Of a stretch of 27,078 nucleotides of DNA, positions 11,543 through 23,882 are shown piece after piece; position 1 is the stretch's first letter; the number at the start of each line of letters is the position of its first letter. A program made the translations under genes and the position numbers. The DNA comes from Tubiluchus corallicola (Eukaryota; Animalia; Priapulida), in assembly GCA_030141605.1 (NCBI GenBank), contig JAQGDQ010001743.1:1-27078 (forward strand), read 5' to 3'. The notes beneath the pieces were generated by a model that was not told the origin of the DNA, did no database searches, and was given only the letters and a program-made list of their open reading frames with translations.

Positions 11543-12596
11543 ATTTGTGCTATTTTTCCCGTGCCATTTTTCGAATGCCATTTTTGCTGTGCCATTTTTC
11601 CATGTCATTTTTCCTGTGCCATTTTTCCATGTCATTTTTCCCCATGTCATTTTTCCCCGTGCCATTTTTCCCATGCCATTTTTTGCTGTGCCATTTTTTC
11701 CTGTGCCATTTTTTACTGTGCCATTTTTTCCATGTCATTTTGCCTGTGCCATTTTTCCCATGCCATTTTTTCATGCCATTTTTCCCATGCCATTTTTTCC
11801 TGTGCCATTTTTTCATGTGCCATTTTTTCATGCCATTTTTCCCATGCCATTTTTTCCTGTGCCATTTTTTCCATGTCATTTTGCCTGTGCCATTTTTTCC
11901 AAGTCATTTTTCCCCCGTGCCATTTTTCCCATGCCATTTTTTCCTGTGCCATTTTTTCATGTGCCATTTTTTCATGCCATTTTTCCCATGCCATTTTTTA
12001 CTGTGCCATTTTTCCCATGTCATTTTTCCCATGCCATTTTTTCCTGTGCCATTTTTTCATGTGCCATTTTTTCATGTGCCATTTTTTCATGTGCCATTTT
12101 TTCATGTGCCATTTTCCCCCGTGCCATTTTTCCCATGCCATTTTTTCATGTGCCATTTTTTCATGTGCCATTTTTCCTGTGCCATTTTTCCCCCGTGCCA
12201 TTTTTCCCATGCCATTTTTTCATGTGCCATTTTTTCATGTGCCATTTTTTCATGCCATTTTTCCCCATGGCATTTTTTCCATGTCATTTTTCCCCGTGCC
12301 ATTTTTCCCATGCCATTTTTTACTGTGCCATTTTTTCGATGCCATTTTTCCTGTGCCATTTTTCCCCCATGCCATTTTTTCCATGTCATTTTTTCCCATG
12401 CCATTTTTCCCATGCCATTTTTTGTTGTGCCATTTTTTCCATGTCATTTTTCCCCGTGCCATTTTTCCCGTGCCATTTTTTCCTGCGCAATTTTTACCTG
12501 TGCCATTTTTACGGGTCAGTTTTTCCTACTTTCCATTGGTGCAATTTTCATCGTGCCATCCTTTTCCTGTGCCATTTTTACCCGCGTCATTTTCAC
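11543..12596 (-). repeat. ~14-15-bp tandem array (TGCCATTTTTTCCTG-like), right arm
   Basis: Direct reading; reverse complement of the 9152-9674 subunit. Confidence 0.95.
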
Positions 12597-12788
12597 CCAC
12601 GTTCGAACGGCTAATATTAATTTCACTAATTTCATGATTTATAGCATTTGACATCTTATTCCAGGGATTAGGCTCCTGTCATAAAGAATGAATAATACAA
12701 CTGATACAATCCTTTCAACGAAACATTGAAAAATGAATAACAAACCGGTAAGCTCACACAACAAGTTGCAAACTGATGCCTGTCTTAC

Positions 12789-12877
12789 CGATATGTGTTT
12801 GAGTGATCGTTTTTCAGGCCGTTCTTGATTGAAACGACGAATCAAGTCATCGACTTGACGCTTTACCTTCTGATTAC
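12789..12877 (-). CDS. Putative 89-bp internal exon (GNQKVKRQVDDLIRRFNQERPEKRSLKHIS), unknown protein
   Basis: Acceptor ttttcattaattacag, donor gtaaga, open in phase 1-0. Confidence 0.45.
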
Positions 12878-13157
12878 CTGTAATTAATGAAAACGTTAAA
12901 CTCTCGAAATGAATACAACCATTGCATGTTACAAGATACAACATGTGGAAATTGTAACTGTATATTTTAGGTGCTGCCATCTATGAACTAATCCTTTTAC
13001 ATTTTACTAGCTAAACTCACCCCTAGTATAATTGTATGGTCCAGTGAATATGCATATTCACTGGATCTCTCCCTATTTTACAGTAATGGTTTTTGTGAAG
13101 CCAAGTTTGCATCATCACCTATACCTATATATACTGACTGGATTTTACTTTCTAGTC

Positions 13158-13298
13158 ACTGTCTCACTCTCAGTGCAGTGCAGAAGTGCAGCAGTCATGC
13201 TAGTCGTGCTACACAACTGTCTAACTCAACTCTCAGTGTTCAGTGCAGCAGTCGTGATACTCATGTTACTTACTGTCTAACTCTCAGTGTTCAGTGCA
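13158..13298. repeat. 2-3 degenerate units of the 49/55-bp minisatellite
   Basis: CTGTCTCACTCTCAGTGCAGTGCAG...GTCGTGATACTCATGTTACTTA. Confidence 0.85.
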
Positions 13299-14277
13299 GG
13301 ACACTCTTGTTCTCAGTGTTCAGTGTAGCAGCCATTCTACATATGTGTATATAGTCTAATAAACACTTTTCAGTTTTGTGCCAATATGTAGTATAGTGTT
13401 TTATTCTTTTTCTACAAAGTGAGTTATCTACAACCTCAAACATGACTTTCACACAACATTTCATTGCTAGAAAACTGTGCAAACGTTGCATTTTCGCATA
13501 AAACAACGAACGACAAAATACGATCATACTCCAGAAAACTTAGTTCAATTAATTCGATTTTCATTTCGTTTCAATATAAATCTGTCAAATCTTGAAAGCT
13601 CGCATCTTAAACTATATCTGCTCACACAAGTCAACTAAATGCTAAATATGAACTGTCTTACCTTTGTGAGCCCATAGAAGTTCTACACAATCCTCTAGTG
13701 TTTGAAGCGACACAATAAATGACTGTTCGCCAGTGCCATCTAGTGAACAAATGAAACAAGTGTTAAGCATTGAACACTTTAAATGCCAGCAAAATGAAAT
13801 ATACATAGTAGCTACTGGCCTAGTCTTTACCTACATTACATTACGTTACACAAAATTTGCATTGTGGACCGTATAGTAATAAATGGAGTATAGTATAGTG
13901 AACCGCACTGATTATCAACATTAATAACAAAAACGAAATGTCCAATGAAACTTGTGACCCCTAAACATCAGTTAGCTGAGTTTACACTCGGCTGCGAGTG
14001 TGTGTTAGTTTGGATGCCATCACTTAGCTGAGTTCACACTCGGCTGCGAGTGTGTTAGTTTGGATGCCATTACTGACACCATAATGGCCGTCATTATTCG
14101 GATATCCCATTTAGTGGAGACATCGATATCTGACCTCGGACCCTGCTGAATCCTTTAAAGAGATGTACTGGACAACTATATAAAGTAGAGTGTTCTAAAA
14201 GTGCTATTCTGGATGCCATTTTGTTCTGCTACATCGAAGGGGCGACGAACTAAATCGAAGCTTGCTTAAAACTTTCT

Positions 14278-14321
14278 CTAGACTATGCTGGTTCTTATTG
14301 CACACCACATTTGGAGGTACA
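14278..14321 (-). CDS. Putative exon C, duplicate
   Basis: Identical to 2242-2285. Confidence 0.3.
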
Positions 14322-14383
14322 CTGCAGCACAGAGGCATACATAAATAACACACGGGACAGATTTTCTTTATATATCTATATTT

Positions 14384-14721
14384 ATACATACATACATACA
14401 TACACACATACACACACACATACATACATACATACACACATACATACATACAAACATACATACATACATACATACATACATACATACATACATACATACA
14501 TACATACATACATACATACATACATACATACATACATACATACATACATACATACATACATACATACATACATACATACATACATACATACATACATACA
14601 TACATGCATACATACATACATACATACATACATACATACATACATACATACATACATACATACATACATACATACATACATACATACATACATACATACA
14701 TACATACATACATACATACAT

Positions 14722-14756
<35 letters not shown>

Positions 14757-14770
14757 TACATACATACATA
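14384..14770. repeat. (TACA)n microsatellite
   Basis: Direct reading. Confidence 0.97.
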
Positions 14771-15363
14771 TAGGTATATAGCTATTTACTGATCTGTATC
14801 AATTTAAGTTCATTTTTACCAGTAAAATATTTGCAATTAAAAACTGCTTTATAAAGGTTACATTCTTTAAACAATTCTGGAAGCAGGAATTTAAGGTAGA
14901 TTCACACAGTTGTTACTGCAACAGTTTGCATGTCAACATGAATCATATTAACTATTTTTCAGTAATTACAGTCGACCACTCTAATACTACATTATCATGT
15001 TTTGTACTACCCGTAAATTTGCTCAACAATCAAGGATTGGAAAAACTACAACCATTGATTCAAGTTTAATCATTGAAATGTGCCGCTTTTAATTGGTGAC
15101 TATACGGAACGAGTCTACACTTACAGTGATAGTCAATAAAAATAGCATTAAATATGATACATATGCTAGCAAACCTCCATCAATTTCCTCCCCCAGCTGA
15201 ATAAACAAACTTATTGAATTTTTCTTCGCAGTAATTAAAGTTTTAACTAAAATTCAAGATGCTAGACATCAGAACATTTACTAACTATTTCAAAACATCA
15301 TTTATCTGTTCTGAATAAACAAGTAATTAGCAGCAAGACAGACAAACTTCTGAACACACATAC

Positions 15364-15454
15364 CACGTTCTCCCTCCAGTGGATTATCAATGCAGACCAC
15401 TTGGTAGCCTTGGTCATCATCATTGTAAAATGTTTCTTCAAACAAGATGCTGAC
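15364..15454 (-). CDS. Putative exon B, duplicate
   Basis: Identical to 3070-3160, including splice sites. Confidence 0.5.
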
Positions 15455-15559
15455 CTATACAAAAATGTGTATGGGTCAAACACTGAATACAATTTAGTTG
15501 CAAATTTGGTAACGTATTTTGTATATATGTTCCAGAAAAATTAAAAATATACATAACAG

Positions 15560-16053
<494 letters not shown>

Positions 16054-16133
16054 TCCATTCGTATCACCCTTTCCACATCATATCTAAGAATACAGAAAAG
16101 CTGGTGTTATTTTATAACAATAAGCAAACTCAC

Positions 16134-16193
16134 TGTTTTTATCTGCGAAAATCCTGTTCCGGTTGTTAGTTTCATTCCTTGGCTTACAATCTC
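16134..16193 (-). CDS. Putative exon A, duplicate
   Basis: Identical to 3913-3972, including splice sites. Confidence 0.5.
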
Positions 16194-16684
16194 CTGTAAC
16201 AAAAATATCGCTGTGACAACAAAAATATCCAAATCCTTACAAGGTGATCTCGTTAACTATATAAAAGCTTTGTAATAATGCTTTCACGTGCATTTTCAAA
16301 GGACGAATAGGTTCACTTCAAAAGTGCACTCAATACACCTTCAAACACTACAGACATAAAATTCAATAAGGTCTGTAATTCCTACAGAAAAGGCAAGACT
16401 ACTCCCAATAATTAAATCTTGCAGAAAAAAACAATTTTGTGAAAGTGGTGTACACACATGGCCTGAAATTTAAGCATAATCATGCTTTTGAGAATGCCTC
16501 ATTAAAGGCTGTCTGCTGAATAAGTGATGAGAGCCTACATTCAATTCTTACAATCCAAAATAAACTTTTTTTTCAAAGATTCTACAATTCCCAGCGCCAG
16601 TCAGCTGATCTAAACGTCCATATGTTAGTCACACTGCAGGAGCTGAGAGAGATTTATATGACATCTCATACACAAACAGTTTAA

Positions 16685-17142
16685 CCCTTTCATACCCGTT
16701 GTATCCCATGGGATACAAGAATATTTTCTGCCTTTAAAATTAATAAAATTTTAAAGCTGACAGTTATTTGATCTGTTAATAGTTATTTTGATTTAAGCCA
16801 ATAACAATAGACTAAAAATGGAGATAAAATGGCAAACTAGAAAATCTACATAGCATAAAAAACTGCACAAGGTACAGTACTTTAGAGACGACTTTGTACA
16901 GATCAGCATAGCATGCATACTAAATGTCTTAAATACTTTAAAAAATTATCAACAGTTGCAAAATGAAGCACATTTTATGCTTCCATTGAATCCCAATGTT
17001 TCCTGTGGGATACAGGCTATATTTAGCACACGAGCACAGGTAGAAAAAAAAATTTTTATGTGTAAACAAGATGGACATACTGAACAAAAGTACCAATCCA
17101 AAAAATTTTTCTTATTAAAAAAATAATTTGGGACTGAAAGGG
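16685..17142 (+). mobile_element. piggyBac-type MITE (duplicated copy)
   Basis: TTAA-CCCTTTCA...TGAAAGGG-TTAA; same flanks as 4464-4921. Confidence 0.92.
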
Positions 17143-17206
17143 TTAAGTGCTGGAATACATTAATAAGCTATTGGAAATCATTTTCTGGTCACTCTTAACT
17201 TCTTTA

Positions 17207-17377
17207 CAGGGCGCCCCGTAAAAGTACCCTCTTTTCATGGCAAAATTCATCATTTAAGAGCCACTGATGTTTATTCAGTAACGAGTAAAGGCCCTTCAGA
17301 CAGGATGATCAAAGTTTTATTGATGTGCTCAAAATGTACTCAAATTGAAATGAGGTTACTTTTTTGGGTGCGCCCTG
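17207..17377. mobile_element. Tc1/mariner-type MITE (duplicated copy)
   Basis: TA-CAGGGCGC...GCGCCCTG-TA. Confidence 0.8.
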
Positions 17378-18083
17378 TAGAAACAGCTCCAATAAAAAAC
17401 TTAAGGGTGATCAAAAAACAATCTCCAACAGACCATTAATGTATTTCAGCACTCAAACTGTTTTTACACGAGATGTCATATAAACCTCTCTCAGCTTCTG
17501 GACTCTGATGACAATAACAATGATGAAATGAAAAATGACGACTTTGAAAGTTGTTTCATATCTGTTCCACTACCTTTAATAATACGTAGCAAGTTTTTTT
17601 TTCTCCTAATCCTAAGTAATTGTTGGTCTTTCTCATACTTACTTTTTCTCTTAAATTTTTCTATATTACACTTTTTTGATACTTACTTTATCTCTCCATA
17701 CTCTCAGTTTTTTAACTTTACTTACTAACCTTGGTCAAATTCCCCTGTTAATAAGACCCCTATTTGAAAATACTATACATAATAATCATAATTACTGATT
17801 AATTGTATTGTTTTGCTTAGATTTAGGTATCTAACTTTATTATTTTTTGTTTTCACTTCTTTTTTGATAATTTGTATCATTTATACTGTTTTTTTATTAT
17901 TATTTATTCTTATTTGTTTTTGTTATCTGCAGCCTCACCATTTATTTTTAATATACTAATCTAATTATAAGACAGGGCAGGAGACTAGATGATCCCATGG
18001 TACTTCCCTGACCTGCTCCACGATTATAATTACGTAATATCTAAAAAACTTCTCATGTCAAAAAAATTGGAGAAAATAAATGT

Positions 18084-18935
18084 TCTATGTTCTATGTCTA
18101 TGCCTATGTCTATGTCTATGTCTATGTCTATGTCTATGTCTATGTCTATGTCTATGTCTATGTCTATGTCTATGTCTATGTCTATGTCTATGTCTATGTC
18201 TATGTCTATGTCTATGTCTATGTCTATGTCTATGCCTATGCCTATGTCTATGTCTATGTCTATGTCTATGTCTATGTCTATGTCTATGTCTATGCCTATG
18301 CCTATGCCTATGCCTATGCCTATGCCTATGCCTATGTCTATGTCTATGTCTATGTCTATGTCTATGTCTATGTCTATGTCTATGTCTATGTCTATGTCTA
18401 TGCCTATGCCTATGTCTATGTCTATGTCTATGTCTATGCCTATGTCTATGTCTATGCCTATGCCTATGCCTATGTCTATGTCTATGTCTATGTCTATGTC
18501 TATGCCTATGCCTATGCCTATGCCTATGCCTATGCCTATGTCAATGTCTATGTCTATGTCTATGTCTATGTCTGTCTATGTCTATGCCTATGCCTATGTC
18601 TATGTCTATGTCTATGTCTATGTCTATGTCTATGCCTATGTCTATGTCTATGTCTATGTCTATGTCTATGTCTATGCCTATGCCTATGCCTATGCCTATG
18701 CCTATGTCTATGTCTATGTCTGTCTATGTCTATGTCTATGTCTATGTCTATGTCTATGTCTATGTCTATGTCTATGCCTATGCCTATGCCTATGCCTATG
18801 TCTATGCCTATGCCTATGTCTATGTCTATGTCTGTCTATGTCTATGTCTATGTCTATGTCTATGTCTATGTCTATGTCTATGTCTATGTCTATGTCTATG
18901 TCTATGTCTATGTCTATGTCTGTCTATGTCTGTCT
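18084..18935. repeat. (CTATGT/CTATGC)n microsatellite
   Basis: Direct reading. Confidence 0.97.
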
Positions 18936-19144
18936 AAGGCAATACCAGTTCTCCATCACTCATTCAGTAATGTAGTCCTATGTTTTAGTCAAGAATGCAA
19001 ATTCTAGAAGCAATCTGACACTAATATCATTCGCTAATGGTAGATAAGAGAGTCCATCAAAAAATTACTGAGAATAATTCAATCATCCAATCACTTTGAC
19101 GGTCACTAAGTTAATATAAACGGAATGTGTAGGAATATATAACA

Positions 19145-19209
19145 AACACACGCATGCAAGCACGCACGCACGTGCACACACACACACACACACACACACA
19201 CAACACATA

Positions 19210-19242
<33 letters not shown>

Positions 19243-19296
19243 CACATACACACACACACACACAACACATACACACACACACACATATATATATAT
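19145..19296. repeat. Compound (GCAC)n/(CA)n/(TA)n microsatellite
   Basis: Direct reading. Confidence 0.95.
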
Positions 19297-19361
19297 AAAA
19301 ATAAATTTTTATTTTAAAATGTAATGTTTATGTCTTCACTTAGTGACCTCTGTTCACAAAA

Positions 19362-19804
19362 CTGCATCTAACTGCCCATTTAAACCATGGGCAACCCTGA
19401 TGATTCGTCGTGAAATTGGATGAGTGACACGCTTTCTTGACAGTCTAAACATGCGTACGCTTTCTTGACAGTCTAAACGTGCGTACGCTTTCTTGACAGT
19501 CTAAACGTGCGTACGCTTTCTTGACAGTCTAAACGTGCGTATGCTTTCTTGACAGTCTAAACGTGCGTACGCTTTCTTGACAGTCTAAACGCGCCTGAAT
19601 GCAAGCTTAAGGCAGCTTTGCGTGATATCGGTGAAATTCAACTTGCACAGTGCTTGAGTGACAATGATTTGCCCAATTGGGAGCCCGAATTTTTGCACGT
19701 GACCACTTCTTCCGCTGCCAAGCTTTTTTCCATCAGGAAAATTCGATAGTCCAGACACACAACAGTCGGCGGGCATGTGGCTCAGTAATATTTATTATAC
19801 TAGA
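19362..19804 (-). mobile_element. Possible non-autonomous Helitron (duplicated copy)
   Basis: As for 7140-7694. Confidence 0.35.
19429..19594. repeat. 28-bp minisatellite, ~6 copies
   Basis: Units start from 19431 to 19571. Confidence 0.97.
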
Positions 19805-20971
19805 CTTATGACACCCAGGACCAATTTACATGCAGGCTCCTATAACTCTACTTCATTATAAAATTCATCGTAGTCAGGCAGCATAAATTACACAACGAAG
19901 CAAAAATAATGAGCTCTTGTGCCTTTCTTATTAATGGCATAGTTATTGCAGAGGAGGAAACAGCGCACCTGGTGGCCATAATTCATAACACTAATTACAC
20001 ATGGCAACTAAACAGACCATTAATACAGATGTGACATTATTCAACAGTCTGTCATTATTTTTGCAAGCTCTAGCTGCGTGTGGCAATAAAGTCCACAGAA
20101 GACGTGCAATTCGTAGAGTACATTTTCTGTTGACATTACTCTGTGACTTAACGCGGCTTAGACAAGACATTAGGCTCTAAACCAAAGTGCATTGTTCATT
20201 TGAACACTGCATTTATAATGTATTTTCCAGGTAACAATCTCACGTTCTGGCTGGAGGGCATTAAGGTTTTGCTCTAAGAATCTTGAGTAAAGTGAAAAGA
20301 AGCAAGAAATATCACGTGACATGTGCAGCCCCAACTAACCATTTCAGTGTCATAGGACTATCAAAATCAAACCAGAATGCCTGTATCACCTATACAGACT
20401 ATTAAAAGGCTCACTCATTGGCAAAATTCATTTGTGATGAATATCACCTGGTATTCAAAAGCAGTAGTATCATCATCGCCACTATCATTGACAACAAGAT
20501 CATCACAATCACCACCATCATCACCATTATCATGGTCAATGTCATCATCATCAACATTATCTTTACCTCTGCCACCATCAGCATCATTGTCATCAGCATT
20601 GCTCTCCACAATAACAGCAACAATGAAAAAACAACAGCAATGCCCAGCTAAACCTTAGCGATACATGTATTCTGAGCAATAATTATACTTCAGCCGTCTT
20701 TGTTGTTGCAGTCATCATCAACAACATCATCAACATTATGGTTACTACAATCGACATTAACATTAATCATCTTTCATCGGTCACCAAGGATGACGATAAT
20801 GACAAAACATAAGAAAGAATTTGCATTAACACAAAAGAACAAATCAATTGTTAACGTTGTCTCATCTACACTTGCAGGAAGAACCATGAAATCACTTATA
20901 GAAGAGAATTTCTGATGGCTAATAGAACAAATAATTGACATATTCGCAATGGTATTCCCACTCCGACTCTA

Positions 20972-21907
20972 TTGCTTGTAGCCGTTGCCGGGAAAATGTG
21001 AATGCGGCTTAACAGTGTAAGTTATTATTCTCCATGTCCTTGCCTCTATTACCAGCCCGGGGAAATCAAACTGCATTGAATATAATTTCTTGAAATCATA
21101 TAATCTACCCCTTGCATCAGCTTTTGGCCGTTGCTTGTAGCCGTTGCCAGGGAAATATGAATGCGGCTTAACAATGTAAGTTATTATTCTCCATGTCCTT
21201 GGCTCTATTACCAGGTCGGGGGAATCAAACTGCATTGAATATAATTTCTTGAAATCATATAATCTATCCCTTGCATCAGCTTTTAGCCGTTGCTTGTAGC
21301 CGTTGCCAGGGAAATGTGAATGCGGCTTAACTGTGTGAGTTATTATTCTCCATGTCCTTGCCTCTATTACCAGCCCGGGGAAATCAAACTGCATTGAATA
21401 TAATTTCTTGAAATCATATAATCTATCCCTTGCATCAGCTTTTAGCCATTGCCAGGGAAATGTGAATGTGGCTTAACCGTGTGACTTATTATTCTCCATG
21501 TCCTTGCCTCTATTACCAGGTCGGGGGAATCAAACTGCATTGAATATAATTTCTTGAAATCATATAATCTATCCCTTGCATCAGCTTTTAGCCGTTGCTT
21601 GTAGCCGTTGCCAGGGAAATGTGAATGTGGCTTAACCGTGTGACTTATTATTCTCCATGTCCTTGGCTCTATTACCAGGTCGGGGGAATCAAACTGCATT
21701 GAATATAATTTCTTGAAATCATATAATCTATCCCTTGCATCAGCTTTTAGCCGTTGCTTGTAGCCGTTGCCAGGGAAATGTGAATGCGGCTTAACTGTGT
21801 GAGTTATTATTCTCTATGTCCTTGCCTCTATTACCAGCCCGGGGAAATCAAACTGCATTGAATATAATTTCTTGAAATCATATAATCTATCGCTTGCATC
21901 AGCTTTT
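20972..21907. repeat. 159-bp tandem repeat, ~6 copies
   Basis: Units start at 20972, 21131, 21290, (fourth unit 13 bp short), 21595, 21754. Confidence 0.96.
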
Positions 21908-22310
21908 CTTGTGTGAAGCGAGTCATTTGTGTGTGTATGTTTTATTCATATAATAATGTATCGCTATCTGTGCCTCATGTATATTTTATTGGAGCCGTGA
22001 AGAGCGAGACGTTCATCTTTTCATTATAAGACTCTTGTCAGAGTAGATTTCTTGCAACACGAATAGCTTTTCAAGGCAGCCATTTCTGTACTAGCAAGAA
22101 ACAAAAATGTGTCACAGTAAACGCATGACATAAATTGTTGATATTCAAGACGAGTAAGATTTGAGACACTCACAGGTCGATATGTGAAAAATTCTTGAGT
22201 ATTTATCCGGAGACGGCATTAGTTGTTAAACTCCATAGCGGATCCAGCTACACGAAAACTGTATGCAGCCATATTTAAGTACGAAAGCTCACAAAGTTCA
22301 AGAGTGAAAT

Positions 22311-23762
22311 CCTCAACATTTCACATGGAATTGCAAGAACCTCAACATTTCACATGGAATTGCAAGAACCTCAACGTTTCACATGGAATTGCAAGAACCT
22401 CAACGTTTCACATGGAATTGCAAGAACCTCAACGTTTCACGTGGAATTGCAAGAACCTCAACATTTCACATGGAATTGCAAGAACTTCAACGTTTCACAT
22501 GGAATTGCAAGAACCTCAACATTTCACATGGAATTGCAAGAACCTCAACATTTCACATGGAATTGCAAGAACCTCAACATTTCACATGGAATTGCAAGAA
22601 CCTCAACGTTTCACGTGGAATTGCAAGAACCTCAACATTTCACATGGAATTGCAAGAACCTCAACATTTCACATGGAATTGCAAGAACTTCAACGTTTCA
22701 CATGGAATTGCAAGAACCTCAACATTTCACATGGAATTGCAAGAACCTCAACATTTCACATGGAATTGCAAGAACCTCAACATTTCACATGGAATTGCAA
22801 GAACCTCAACGTTTCACATGGAATTGCAAGAACCTCAACGTTTCACGTGGAATTGCAAGAACCTCAACGTTTCACATGGAATTGCAAGAACCTCAACATT
22901 TCACATGGAATTGCAAGAACCTCAACATTTCACATGGAATTGCAAGAACCTCAACATTTCACATGGAATTGCAAGAACCTCAACATTTCACATGGAATTG
23001 CAAGAACCTCAACATTTCACTTGGAATTGCAAGAACCTCAACGTTTCACATGGAATTGCAAGAACCTCAACATTTCACTTGGAATTGCAAGAATCTCAAC
23101 ATTTCACATGGAATTGCAAGAACCTCAACATTTCACATGGAATTGCAAGAACCTCAACATTTCACATGGAATTGCAAGAACCTCAACGTTTCACATGGAA
23201 TTGCAAGAACCTCAAGGTTTCACATGGAATTGCAAGAACCTCAACATTTCACTTGGAATTGCAAGAACCTCAACATTTCACATGGAAATGCAAGAACCTC
23301 AACGTTTCACATGGAATTGCAAGAATCTCAACATTTCACATGGAATTGCAAGAACCTCAACATTTCACATGGAATTGCAAGAACGTCAACATTTCACATG
23401 GAATTGCAAGAACCTCAACGTTTCACATGGAATTGCAAGAACCTCAATGTTTCACATGGAATTGCAAGAACTTCAACATTTCACATGGAATTGCAAGAAC
23501 CTCAACATTTCACTTGGAATTGCAAGAACCTCAACGTTTCACATGGAATTGCAAGAACCTCAACATTTCACTTGGAATTGCAAGAATCTCAACATTTCAC
23601 ATGGAATTGCAAGAACCTCAACGTTTCACGTGGAATTGCAAGAACCTCAACGTTTCACATGGAATTGCAAGAACCTCAACATTTCACATGGAATTGCAAG
23701 AACCTCAACATTTCACATGGAATTGCAAGAACCTCAACATTTCACTTGGAAATGCAAGAACC
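22311..23762. repeat. 29-bp minisatellite (CCTCAACRTTTCACATGGAATTGCAAGAA), 50 copies
   Basis: 22311-23760 = 1450 bp = 50 x 29; contiguous units with no spacers. Confidence 0.98.
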
Positions 23763-23882
23763 GTCTACGGCCATATCACGTTAAAAACACCAGTTCTCGT
23801 CTCATCACCGAAGTTAAGCAACGTAGAGCCGGGTTAGTACTTGGATGGGTGACTGCCTAGGAATACCAGGTGCTGTAGGCTT
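23763..23882 (+). rRNA. 5S_rRNA: Full-length 5S rRNA-derived sequence (120 nt); SINE head or retrocopy rather than a canonical rDNA gene
   Basis: GTCTACGGCCATATCACG...GTTAGTACTTGGATGGGTGAC...GCTGTAGGCTT. No T4 terminator follows, and there are several helix-disrupting substitutions. Confidence 0.93.
23812..23852 (+). promoter_or_regulatory. RNA polymerase III type-1 internal control region (box A, intermediate element, box C)
   Basis: AGTTAAGCAAC at +50 and TGGATGGGTGA at +80 of the 5S head. Confidence 0.8.

Larger units (their letters stand above)
9146..12606. mobile_element. Putative foldback / Mutator-like non-autonomous element with tandem-repeat arms
   Basis: Oppositely oriented AAAAATGGCA arrays. 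Their inner ends match in inverted orientation (AAAAATGGCACRGGAAAAAYAGCACAAAT). Candidate degenerate TSD ACGCCTAA (9138-9145) / ACGGCTAA (12607-12614). Confidence 0.5.

Noticed and set aside
22311-23760. CRISPR array (29-bp repeat with TTTCAC / ATTGCAAG)
   Set aside because: Units are contiguous with no unique spacers, there are no cas genes, and the context is eukaryotic.
22223-23860. 476-545-aa ORFs
   Set aside because: All three frames are open and give the same cyclic peptide because of the 29-bp unit.
23763-23882. Canonical functional 5S rDNA gene
   Set aside because: Single copy, no oligo-T terminator, helix-breaking substitutions, and enclosed with the RTE body inside one TSD.
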